NCBI RefSeq assembly: GCF_009834535.1
Contig: NC_045696.1
Span: 38,876,001-38,940,000, forward strand
From: Camelus ferus
Lineage: Eukaryota
Length of the DNA: 64,000 nt
Reading direction: 5' to 3'
Every line of letters starts with the position of its first letter. Position 1 is the first letter of the stretch. The notes beneath the pieces were generated by a model. That model saw only the letters and a list, made by a program, of their open reading frames with translations, was not told the origin of the DNA and ran no database searches. A program made the position numbers and the translations under genes. Below, in pieces: positions 22,431 through 34,050 of this stretch.

Positions 22431-25400
22431 ATAGAAGTCTAATTTTCAGAGGAGTATGCTACTTCTGCTTCTGAAAAGAGAAGCTTTTTCAGCATATCCT
22501 ATTAGCAAAAGAATGTGGATTGACTCCTTGTTGTGTGGAACTATAACTCTTCTCTGCAATATGTTTTGTTTTGATGTTAAAAATTTATAAAATGCACTGT
22601 ATTTATTATATTTCTTAAAAATATTTAAGGCAGTAGCTTAAAATAAAATCCTAATCATCAGTATATTTAGCTGATTACCAGGAACCCGTCACAGGCACAT
22701 TGAAGGCATACAGCTCCTTGCTATTTTCTAGCATTTTTTTAAAGATATTGCAAGGTAGTGTTTTATATTATTTTCATCCAAGTTCAAAATAATTGTTGTT
22801 TACTGCATAATAGGAGTGCATTGTAATGCTAGGAGCTACGCTGGCTCCAAGGATGACACCAAGGGCACTGCCGTCCTTCCAACACTTACACTGTATAATG
22901 TGCTTAACAGAAGAAAATGCAAGCAAAACATGAACAGCAGGCAACATCAGATAACCAAGTCCCCACAGAGCTAATATTTGGGGGAAAACTAGCACCATGT
23001 AAATGAGAGGCGACTTAACTTGAACTAATGAGGTGAACGCAAAACTGGCGTCTGGGGCTTTGTTTGTTTTGTTGTTTCCCTGACATGTTGCCGTTAAAAA
23101 GAAAAAGAAAAAAGAACAAACAAACAATTCACCTTGAAGCAATTTGAAGCCCAAATGCCTCCTGGGTATGGTATCATTTAAGCATATGCTACTGAGTTCA
23201 GTTTCCCAAAAAGAGAACCTCTGTCAGTGAAAATCTCATTTGAGGTTTACTAGGAAACATAGTGCTGCCTCAGTGTTTTTGTATTTTTTTTCTCTTTACT
23301 TTTCAAAAGTTTTTAATATAATAATGAGTTTTGCTTTAGATTGCTCTCTGAAGCTTACCTGAACAAAAAAATTACAGTTCAGCTTTAAGACTTTTTTTTA
23401 TAGATGATGTGGTTGGAAATAACCTTTCGACCTTATCTGAATTGATCCCTCTTTTCAAAATTTGAGAAGGAAGAAAATCACCTTTTACCATATTTCTTAT
23501 TTCTCAGTTATAGGTCAGTATTTCAGCCAAGAATGTGGATGTGTAGAATCCACTTACCTACAAATGCTGTATGATTTTATGACTTAGAGAGTCCAGTCAT
23601 TTCCAATTTTTGTCTCTGATTAGATTTTCCAAACTCCACTTTATTATGTGATGGTCCTTGTGTAATGATCTGTGTAAGATACAGTAAATTGCTAACGGCG
23701 CATTCCCATTATTTCAACCTTCCACTTTACGGAGGGAATTTTTGCGCTTGTTTGAATATGTTTCTACCAAAGCAATTTTCAAAATGGCCTTCTTTTTCTC
23801 AGTTTTTCGATAATTCCTACCATTGGTCTATAGGCAAGAGCAACATTTTAATTAAATACGTGCTAGTCACGCCAGCATGATGCATGTCTGTTACAGAGAC
23901 AAGAGCAATACCCAAGATATTCCGAGAGTCAATCAATCGCCATTGTAAATAATTCAAATAGTAAAGTTCCAACTAGAGTTAACCAATAGCCAATATGCTA
24001 TCACAACAGTGTAATTTTCAACGGAAATTTTTTTTTAACTAAATGACCACAAAACTAGGAAATGTAGACATGTCAGCAACATTTTCATAGAAAATTAATT
24101 ATACTTTCAGTTTCTGTTTGGAAGAAATGTATATATAGAATCTTTTGCGCTTACAACTTTTATAACTTGTGTTCTGTTTAAAGCATTTTTACAAAGAGGG
24201 TACTTTAAAATCCCCCTTTCCTTTGTACTCAAACGATTTTCCATAGTTTTCAGATACTTTTAATGGACCCAGGAAATACAGTATTTAAGTTGCCTATTAT
24301 CTTTCTATAATGGAAATGATGCACCAGTGAAGAAATATTTAGTTTTTTCACAGAGAGTACTTGCAGAAATGGGCCTGAGTTTTAAGAACATGGAATATGT
24401 CTTTATATTCCCAAAAAGTATACTTTGTTGGAGGAGAACTGGCATAGTAATGAATATCATGGCTCCCCAAACCTTCCTGGCCTCAGTTTACCACGATATC
24501 CTCTGACCCCACCTGGACTTTTGTCTCCCTGTGCTTGGAGCTCTGTGGCAAACAGTCCTTTCAAAGGAGGCCAGATCTAGATCTGGAGGTGACAGAACTT
24601 TGAGATCAAGAGATGTTACCAGAGTTCCCGCAGATTAAGTCTTCAGTTTCACTGACTCCAGAAACATCGCTTCTTGAGCTGAAAGGTACTACGGCAAGCA
24701 CTGAATCCCATTTCCGTTTCTTTTCTTTCCTTAATGAGGAGACAGAGACTCATCCAAGAACGGAGCTTGTTAGTGACAGTTCAGGGCTCAGATGCAGTTC
24801 AGGTGATTCCTTCACTAATGCTCTCTCCATGACTTACACACTGAAGCGTAGTTGCACAGAGAGTGTTAATCATCTCAAGGCTTTCAGCTATTAGGGCTAA
24901 AGATTTCCCAAACCATAAATCTTATCATCAGCAACCTTTTAACCTAGGAGAGTCCTACACTGCATATTTTTCCCCATTTTGTCTACTCATTCAACTGTCT
25001 GAAAGATGGTAAGCTACCAAAGACAAGCCCTCTCCATTTTTATTAGTCCTTGACATTCTATTGTGACTTCCAAAAAAATGAGGTTGGAGAACTGTCTTAA
25101 GTATAGGGCTTTAAGAAATTCTTTGTCTTAAAGTTAGAAAGGAAATCTTAGGTTTCCAAGCCCTAATGATTTATAAATTAGCCTATGAAAAATTGTTTTC
25201 TGTCTGTATGTTCTTTTACCACCCTATCCCCCTTTTTCTTAATGTATACTGAATTTCATTTGGGTCTTGATTATTTGTACTGAATTATAAATTCTGTATG
25301 TTGAAAAATATTGACTAAGAAAATAGGTATAAGATTATAAATGATTTTTTCTTAGAACCACTTCTTTCCTTTCTTTTTTTCTTTTTTTCCTTGTGCCTAT

Positions 25401-26439
25401 GTAGGCACAATCTTTATACTGAATATCAGAAAATACATTGCCAGTGTTTTGAGTATTACTGTTTTATAAATTTAAGCATGCTGATATCTATAAGTATTCA
25501 TTATCACAAAAAGTAAGGATAGACTGGGACCCTTGGGGGACCCTTCACCATCCCCCTTCAACCTGAAATTATAGGTTTTCCATAAAGCCACGATGAAGAG
25601 AGGGAAGATAAAAATGAAATCATTTCGTATTCCATGTACTAGTGTACATTTCAGTCCTTGCTAAAATTTTGAGATAGTTTCTTTTAAAAGCAAGTATGAA
25701 TAAGTAAATTCAATGCTCTTCTCTCTGGGAGATATTTAGCAGCCTTATAACATAAAAGTGTGATTCCCTGCCCAACCCAAGCAGCCCTTGTTCAGGGGTA
25801 TCGTTCAGGGATATCTCAGTGTCCTCGTATTGACTGTCTACTCCTTGTTTGTCTAGTTTAATAAAAGGTCCACACTGCCTGCTTCGATTCAGAAACCGTC
25901 AACACAATTGGAAAACTCATCAGATTCAGCAAGAGCAGAGCAGTCAGCTACGTGCCCCAGCAGAGCCTTGTGTTGATTCTGGGCTGCTAAAAATTGCAGT
26001 GTCAATGACAAAGAACCAGTACGGTCTGCTTAGAATAACCAGCCAGGTTTTAGATAATAATTTCTGGCAGAATCTAATTCCTTCTTCCTGTGCATGGAAG
26101 TTATCACTGCAGTCATTTTCATATTTTTTCACTTTATTTTAATCTTCTTACATTTTCAAATAAGGGTATAACCTTGTATAACTCTTCTCCAAAGGTTGAC
26201 AGCCTAGAACTATCATAAAACCAAGCTGTTAACAAAATTCTCTCGAGTTAATTATCATCCCTTCATATCCTAAAACAACAAACCTCAATTAGTCTTTTAG
26301 ACAAAGCGCTCCATATGCTCCTGCTCCCTGTCAGTCCTTAACTAAGGAATAAGAAAATACCTATGAAGCAAAACTTCTCACAAAAGGCTTGTTTATGAAG
26401 ATAAATGTTAATATACTGTTTTCATAGATCACATATATG

Positions 26440-27160
26440 ACAATGGGAGCTTACTCTTTGAACTTGACAAGGCATTGTTTTAGATGCTGGGAACGTATGC
26501 AAAAAAGAAACAGTCCCTGCTCTGGAGGAGCTCGGCTGGCCCAGCTGAGAGACTGCAAGTGTTTTGTAGCAGCCAAAGCAGAGGGGAAGCGGACACGGCC
26601 AGAGGTGAGGGCTGAGAGCCAGGGGCATGGTGAGCCACTGCTGAATTTCAGACGTGGGAGGAACACGAGCACAGCTCCACTTCCACAGGATTGCTTTGGC
26701 TGCACTGTGGGAGACGACTGAGGGTGGAAAGGGGGAGACAAAGGGACTAGTTAGGGGGCTGTTGCAGTGATCAGAATGAAACATAAATTCTTTGGAGAGA
26801 GGATTAAAAGTGGGGCAGATTTAAAATATGTAAAGGTGGTGGAATCAACGTGTCTTCAGTTAATTTTGACCATCACGGAAGGCAGAGGGCAAGCAACTCC
26901 CTAACCTACAACTTGAAGAGTGGTACCCTCTTCAAAAGACACATGGCACAGGAGGAACAGGGTTAGTTCTGAACAAAATGAATCACGGCACATGTATGAC
27001 TTTGCACTTGCAACTTTATGAAGTTGGTATGTCCTAAGGGTGATAGACATAGAGATCTGGAAAGAAAGCTGAGCGAGGATTGCATGTATGAAAGTCACCA
27101 GCTGGCAGGTGAGAGTGAAAGCCCGCAGTGTGTATGTGTATAAAGAGGCTCAAGGTCTGA
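26440..27160 (-). mobile_element. L2 fragments
   Basis: Reverse L2 motifs (ggcattgttttagatgctggg, gagccactg, ctagttagggggctgttgcagtgatc, atagagatctgg). Confidence 0.55.
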
Positions 27161-27459
27161 TTCTGGAGGGATGACTCAAGACTCTGGACAGACTGTTCTC
27201 TACCACCGTCATGACTGAGGGGCTACCAAGATGATAATATTAGTCTGTCCTTTGTGGAATTGTAAGCTGTGATATTGAGTTAATCTCATCAGTTTCAGCT
27301 TCAGTTTTCTTACCTACAGACTATGTAAAACCACACTCACTTAGGCATTTTGAGACCTAAATGAGGTGAGCTGTGTTAAAACACCTAGCCTGGAAATTGG
27401 TGTATAATAAGCTCTCGAAGTTATATAATGTTCCTTGAATCTGAAACCAGAAAGCTCAT

Positions 27460-28220
27460 AGAAAGCTTTATTCATGGTCACTCCAGCCCCTAAATTGCTT
27501 CTCCTCCTTTGTCTTCTATTTTTACGAGTTGACCGACCCAAAAATCTAGAAGTCATTCTTCTCCCTCTACTTCCATATAATGTCACCCAAGCCCACATCC
27601 CTGTCAGATCAGTCTACTGGTACCCCATAGCACTGCTTCCACCAGGCCCTCCTCACCTCTGGCCTGGATCACTGTCGGCCTTCTTCCTGGCCTCCCACGC
27701 CCTCCAGTGCACTCTTCATGTTGCAGGGCTCCAGAGTGAGCTTCCAAAAGGCAAACCTACTGTCTTTACTTGCTAAAACCCTTGTCCCTTTTGCATAAAG
27801 TCTGTTTATAGCATGCAAAATCATTCATGATCTCAAGAAATACAGTGCTTACTTAACGTTCTAGTCTCAAATCTCACCATTTCTCTGTTTGAAGACTCTA
27901 TTCTAGTCGCATGAATCTACTCTCATCCCCTGATCAGGTCACATCTCCTCTCTTGGACCTGTCTAGTTGACCCTGTTACCTTACACATTCAGTTCATCTC
28001 CTCTGAGAAGCCTTCCCAAGGCTGGGTTAGGTACTCCTCCGACATGCTCCCATGACTCCCTGTGCTAGATGGCACTTAACCATATTCAGACTCCTTGGTC
28101 ACCTTCGCCAGATTATCTGTTTCCTAAAGACAGAGGTATTTCCTACCCATTATGTTATCGCTTATACATAGGATGCTCAATAGTACACTTTAAGTGATTA
28201 ATATTTTTGTATTTGGATGA
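27460..28220 (+). mobile_element. L2 fragment
   Basis: aaatctagaagtcattctt...ccaggccctcctcacctct...cctctgagaagccttccc...tgtatttggatgaataaat. Confidence 0.6.
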
Positions 28221-28309
28221 ATAAATTAAAAACCCATTAGAAAGATGTTGTGTCTTTTAACCATTTTTGTGAATCATATTGCTTAAATCTCTTCTCTGAA
28301 GCCAGAAAT

Positions 28310-28480
28310 TTTAGGTGTGTAACATTCAGCAAGTTAAACCTCTCTATGTAAACCTTGTCTGTAAAGTGGAGGTAACAACAGTACCCACCTCATAGTATTA
28401 TTCTGGGGATTAGCAGAGTTGACACATGTGAATCATTTAGAAATGGCACCTAGAAGTATCCAAGAGCTCCCAGTATTATT
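28310..28480 (+). mobile_element. MIR
   Basis: caagttaaacctctct...tctgtaaagtggaggtaacaacagtacccacctcatag... Confidence 0.65.
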
Positions 28481-29619
28481 ATTGCCACTGCTATTATTGT
28501 TGTTATTACTTTTGTCCTATAAGGTGGGACATTCATGTTTGACCTCTGTCATGTACCAGGGCTCGGGACAAATTTCACAAAGTTGCGAGATAAAGAACTC
28601 GCAAAACCAGAGGTCAGCAAGAAGAAATGTCAGGAGTCCCTGAGCCTCTCACTGTCCCCACAGAAAAGCATGCTGGGACCAGACATGCTGAACACATTAT
28701 GGATAAAGGTTCCAGGCGAAGGACCACACTTCCTTGTCACTCTCTCTTCTTACAGGGCAATCATGAGAGCAACCTTTTTTGCCAAAAAAGAATAAACAGC
28801 CTGCTTGGCACCAAGCAGTCTGGATTTGGGTGTCAACTGTTTACAGGAGTTGTCTAGGAAAGTCAGCTCCCCAGCAGCTAAGGACCTTGGGGCCAATGGG
28901 AAACAGTAAACCCTTTGGACAGGAGGAAGAAGCCACCAGTCTTACAGGAAGCGGAGTTTGGGTCAAGTGCCTCTCTCTTAAGGAAGAGCAAGGCCCAGTC
29001 TCACCTGGTTCATTGTCCAAGCAAACCAGAGAGAAGTCATGAGATCATTTTGGACAATGCTGCTTGATGCACCAATTTTTTTGTTAGTGTTTCCTTCAGA
29101 GGTACCCCAAATGCTGACATGCTTGTGCTTTCAATCCATCCTGGGTAGCTTGAGACTCTAGATTTTCTAAGAATCCACTCCTCTATCAAGACAAATCCCA
29201 AAATTTCTTCTAACAGCTTTAGTTTTGGTCAATAACATTTATTAATGTGTCAGGAACCACACATAAAGGATGAGAATGCAAAATATAGAGACGTAATTCC
29301 TGCTTTCAAGTATGTTTAGCCTTAGAGGGAAGCAGGTGAAAATTACAATACAATGTAATAGATTCCATAATAGAAATGTGTACAAGACTCAGAAGCATTC
29401 AGAAATGACCCTGTTCAGCCAGAGATTACATTTTACAAACTATGAAGTAAATATGTTTTTGATTTACCCAGAATACAAAATTTAGGATCCAAATAAAAAC
29501 ACTGAAGTCCAGTTAGCAGATGTATAAGAAACATAAATCGTAATCATCAGTCCTAAAATCAGGTCAGTTGATATGAGATTGGAGAGGAAGATGTTATCAT
29601 GAGAACTGAAAAGCATTTC

Positions 29620-29850
29620 TGGGGAATGGCCAGAGGGAAAGTTTGGAAGCTAAAAGAAACTAAGTTCAAACTTCAGCTCTGCCACCTATGCTGTGTGAAT
29701 TTAGGCAAGTTTCCTAACCTCTCTGAGTCTAAATTTTCTCATTTAACAGTAGGGGTAATAATAACCACTATATTGAGTTATTTTAAGCAGTAAATTAAGA
29801 AGAATATGCAAAGCACTTAGCACATGACACTCAATAAAGGCAGCTAATTT
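29620..29850 (+). mobile_element. MIR
   Basis: cagctctgccacctatgctgtgtgaatttaggcaagtttcctaacctctctgagtct...gcacttagcaca...ctcaataaa. Confidence 0.75.
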
Positions 29851-30756
29851 TTTTTCTCAGACTGCAGCTTCACTTGTCATCTGTCTTATTCTGTGCACTT
29901 ATAATTAGGTAACTCTGGTGAATTGACTAGAGAGCTCTCCTGGGGTGGGATTTTAAAGTCTTTCTCTAATGGAGTTCTATTCTATTTTTCTCACTATCCA
30001 TAGTAGTTTTGATACATTACAAGCATTTTTACACACATCCTGTTTTACTAAAATGTATTGTAAAATGTCTTAAAATCTAAGCCTAGTTGGTAGCAAAAGT
30101 ACTCAGAAAACAGGTAAGAAAAAATCCTATCCAATAATGGGAAATAAAGTGAACAGAAAAAAGCTAGTATCCTGACAGGGGAAAGTGTTCTGGTCACAAA
30201 GACACTGATGGGATTATGAGAAATTCCTGGTTACTAAAAAAATGAAAGCTTAGCAGTTAAGTTCCTGAAGGTGTTTTATTGCTCCTTTTAACAAACTGCC
30301 TCTAGCATTAATTATGGATATTTTCGAGTCATGTCAAATAGTGTGCATTAAAAGAGAAATTAAAATGAGGTATGTTTTTTAAAAATTATAGGAAGTGTAT
30401 ATAGATGGTTTTACAAAAAAGAGAGTGCTGCTAACAATATTTACACTTGCACTTTTGTATTTCTGTTGTTGACACAGGGAAGAGGGGAGGTTGAATTGTG
30501 CCTCTCTTTAAATGTTAGTATGTCCCTCAATATTCCCACATCAAAAATGGGGGAAATAAACCCTTTCCTTTGTCTTTTTTCCAGAGGTGATATAAAAATA
30601 AAGAGTCACATGAACACCTTTGAACACTTTATTTATAAATAAGCTACATAAATTCCAAACCGATTTTATTGCATTGTTAGGAAACTCCCGGTGGGTCATA
30701 TAGTAAACAGATAAATAGATAAATATCTTGCCTTATTTTGTATGTGATTTCCTAAG

Positions 30757-30796
30757 TACTACTACTACTACTACTAATAATAATAATAATAATAAT
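30757..30796 (+). repeat. Compound (TAC)6(TAA)n microsatellite
   Basis: tactactactactactactaataataataataataataat. Confidence 0.9.
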
Positions 30797-30843
30797 ATCA
30801 TCTTGTTGTTACTCTTAACTTATAGAAACTCCTTTCCCTAGAG

Positions 30844-31044
30844 CTGCACTGTCCCATAGAGTAGCTGCATGTGGCTATTTAAAAGTTAATGTGAATTAAT
30901 TAAAATTGACTAAAACTAAAAATTCAGTTCCTCAGTCTTACTAGCCACATTTCAAGTGCTCAGTTGCCACAAGTGCATACTTATCATCATGTTGGACAGA
31001 GAGAACATTTCTGTCCTCACAGAAAGTTCCACTGGAGAGTGCTG
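30844..31044 (-). mobile_element. MER3 hAT-Charlie DNA transposon
   Basis: ctgcactgtcc...atgtggctattta...aaattcagttcctcagtc...ctagccacatttcaagtgctca...agaaagttc...gagtgctg; imperfect 8-bp TSD ccctagag/gcccagag. Confidence 0.8.
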
Positions 31045-31693
31045 GCCCAGAGGATACTCAGGCCAAATGTCCTGTTGCTCTGTGGCCTTAAGCTAGGCAC
31101 TGATAGCATTTCAAAGATAAGTGACCTTAGAAGTTATAAAAGGACTTCGTAATCATATCAGTGTCAGACTAAGGGAAAGCCAGAAGTAAGTGAAGAGGAG
31201 TTAAATAGGCAATAAAGAAGAAAGAAGAAATGATGGCTGCAAAAGAATACACCCTGACATTGTTATAAAAGGATGAAAAATGATTCAGGAATTCAGTGCT
31301 TCAGCAGAAGTACAATTTTGCTTAAAACATTTGTCACACGTGGTTTTCACTAAATGCATCGATCTTAGGCTGGCTTTCTGATGTCCTAATTGGGTTTTGA
31401 GAGATTCCAGGTAAATCCCACAAAAACTATTTTGGGACATTGTGATGAAACTTAACCTCCCATCCGTATATCACAAGGTTAAAAAACCTGGGTGATCAGA
31501 TGGTACGAACATATTTGCAATTCTTGTTCACAACTTTTGTATTTATCCTTGTCTGGACCACGTGTACTCGCAAGTAGTTTTCATGTTTACCAATGTTTTG
31601 GCTTCCGCTTCCTGTATAAAAGGAATTAAAACTTAGCCTATGTGTTATTTTTCCCCCAAGGTAAGAGAATAACCTGTGTATGTTTGCATTTAG

Positions 31694-31887
31694 GTCATTC
31701 TGTCCATTGAAGAAGGTTACAGACTTCCAGCTCCCATGGGCTGCCCGGCATCTCTACACCAGCTGATGCTCCATTGCTGGCAGAAGGAGAGAAACCACAG
31801 ACCAAAATTTACTGACATTGTCAGCTTCCTTGACAAACTGATCCGCAATCCCAGTGCCCTTCACACCTTGGTAGAGGACATCCTTGT
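31694..31887 (+). CDS. EPHA6: Ephrin type-A receptor 6, internal exon (kinase subdomains X-XI)
   Basis: tttag|...|gtaaga; 194 nt, phase 0/2; [64 protein letters not shown](V). Confidence 0.97.
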
Positions 31888-32929
31888 GTAAGATGCATAA
31901 TGTTGATTTTTTTCCCCTTGACAATCATAATTTCTTTCAGGCTGCAGACAAGACTAACAGGTAAAGAGGACAAAGTCTGCTTTGATAACCGTCTAGTGGT
32001 TGACCTTTTAGAATAGTGTGTATAAACCGTATTTATTTATCAACTGAAAAGCAATTTATTAACATTTTTAAATGATTTTTTTCATAAGAAAACAGGTTCC
32101 CCTTTTCTCTTCTCCATATCTAATCTTTCTGAATCACTTTTTAAATATTTTTTCCTATGTGAGTCTATGGTGTTTATAATTCTTTTCTTTATTTACTGAT
32201 CCTCCCTTACCTTTATAAGTAGAATTTGTATGCCTGCAGCCCCTTTAATTTTCTTGTCCATTCCATATTCCATCCCTCTATTTGAAATGGCAAGCAAGAC
32301 AGGGGCAATTTGTGAATCAGCCGGGAGCAAGGATGTTTCCTGCTGATCTGATCACACTCAGCTGTTGTTACTTTCCATTGCTAAAACCAGAAAAAGACAG
32401 ATGACAAGACAAGAAAATGAAGGCACTCATCCACCATTTTATAAAAGTCAGTAGAGTTGAGAAGATCTACTCACCTCTCTCTGAAAAGCAATTATAAGAG
32501 GAGGGAGAGTAGAAGAAAAAAACACTACCATCTATGTCTGAACGTATTACATTTAAAATATTATTAAGTTGAAAATATATTTCTTAATTTAGGCCAAATT
32601 GGACTTAAAATAACCAAAGCATTTTTCAAAGCTCACTTTCCCGACTCAGGGGATGGCCAATAGGAGATACAGATGTTCAACTTTAGGTCACAAGTTCAGT
32701 CCAGTGCAGGTTTTTAGTGATAAAAAGGCCAAAGGCTCTTCAAGGACTACTTGAAGCTGGCCTCAGTTCACAGCGGAGTACATGAGAGTTCACCTCTAAA
32801 TCACTAATTGGCAGCCTCAGTAAAGTGAAGCCAAGCATGAAATAGCTAGAGATTAAACTATTACTCCGGTCCGTCTTCCCTGAAGCAGTCCACCACGGGA
32901 AGCTGTGACGGTGGGAGGCAGTGGGGGGA

Positions 32930-34050
32930 GAGGGGAAGCACTTTGGATTTTATCATAAAAGCAATGGGCAGCCATGGGAGCATTTTAAGCAAGAGAATGG
33001 CATGATCACGTTTGCATTTCTGAAGGATCACTCCAGGGCTGATTTAAAGTCCAAGTGCAAAACAAGGAACAAGACTGGACACAGAGACAGTTATATGTCT
33101 CCACAATCCAAGCTTGGGAAGGCCAGGGCCTGACGTACGAAATGAGAGTAAGTTTGGAGTCAGGAGATAAGAGAATGGACTTATTGTTAGGCAAGGAAAA
33201 ACGAATGTGTCTTGGTCACTGATTGAACTTGGAGGGAGAAAGAGAGAAAAGAATAAGACATTTGTCAGGTTCTTTTCTTCGACAAGCAGGTTGATGGTAT
33301 TACCACTAAGTCAGAGAGGGAGAAGGACAAGTTTTTGCAATAGAAACGAGACCATTTCAAGCCTGCTGAGTTGAAGATTCCTGAAGGGCATCTAAGAGAA
33401 GTTATCCAAGAGGCCCTTATACTTACATTGGTTTAACTCGGGTAAAAAGATCTGGGCTAGAGATGTAGATTTGACCAACATCAGCGTATTGATTGTACCT
33501 GAAGCTTTAAGCATGGTTAAGAAAACCCAGAGAGAATATACAGAATGCAGAGACACAGGAAAAGAATTCAACCCTCTGGAACATCAGGATTTAAGAAATG
33601 AAGAGGTGTCCCCAAAGGAGACTGAGAAAGAAGAGGCAGACGGGGAGTGAGGAAAGCAGAAAAGGAGAGGTATTTTAGAAGCCAGAAAAGGAGGCAGTTT
33701 TAAGGAGTGTAATGTCCAAGGTGCCACAAAGCTCCAGTAAGATAAAAACGAAGTGTGTCCACTGGATTTAGCAATTGTGTGTTTAGGTGTTCACAAGCAG
33801 CCTTTGCAAGGGCATTTCCAATAAAGCTGTGTGAGACAGCTCAGTGCTGGGGTGGGAGAGGGACTGAATCTGAGGGCAGAGAGAGGAGCAGTACGAAGTG
33901 CCAAGCTCCATATTGTTTTCTCAAGAAACCTGTCTCTGAAGAGAAAGAGAAGGAATTAGAGAAAATATTTTGGGGGTTTTGTTTTCATAGGTTTTATTGG
34001 AGACATGCATGCTCTAATGTTGGGGAGAAAGAGCTAGTAGACAGGAATTC
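32930..34050 (-). mobile_element. L2 LINE fragment
   Basis: tttggattttatcataaaagcaatgggcagccatggg...gatctgggctagagatgtagatttg...ggagactgagaa...tgtccactggatttagcaa; typical reverse L2. Confidence 0.7.
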
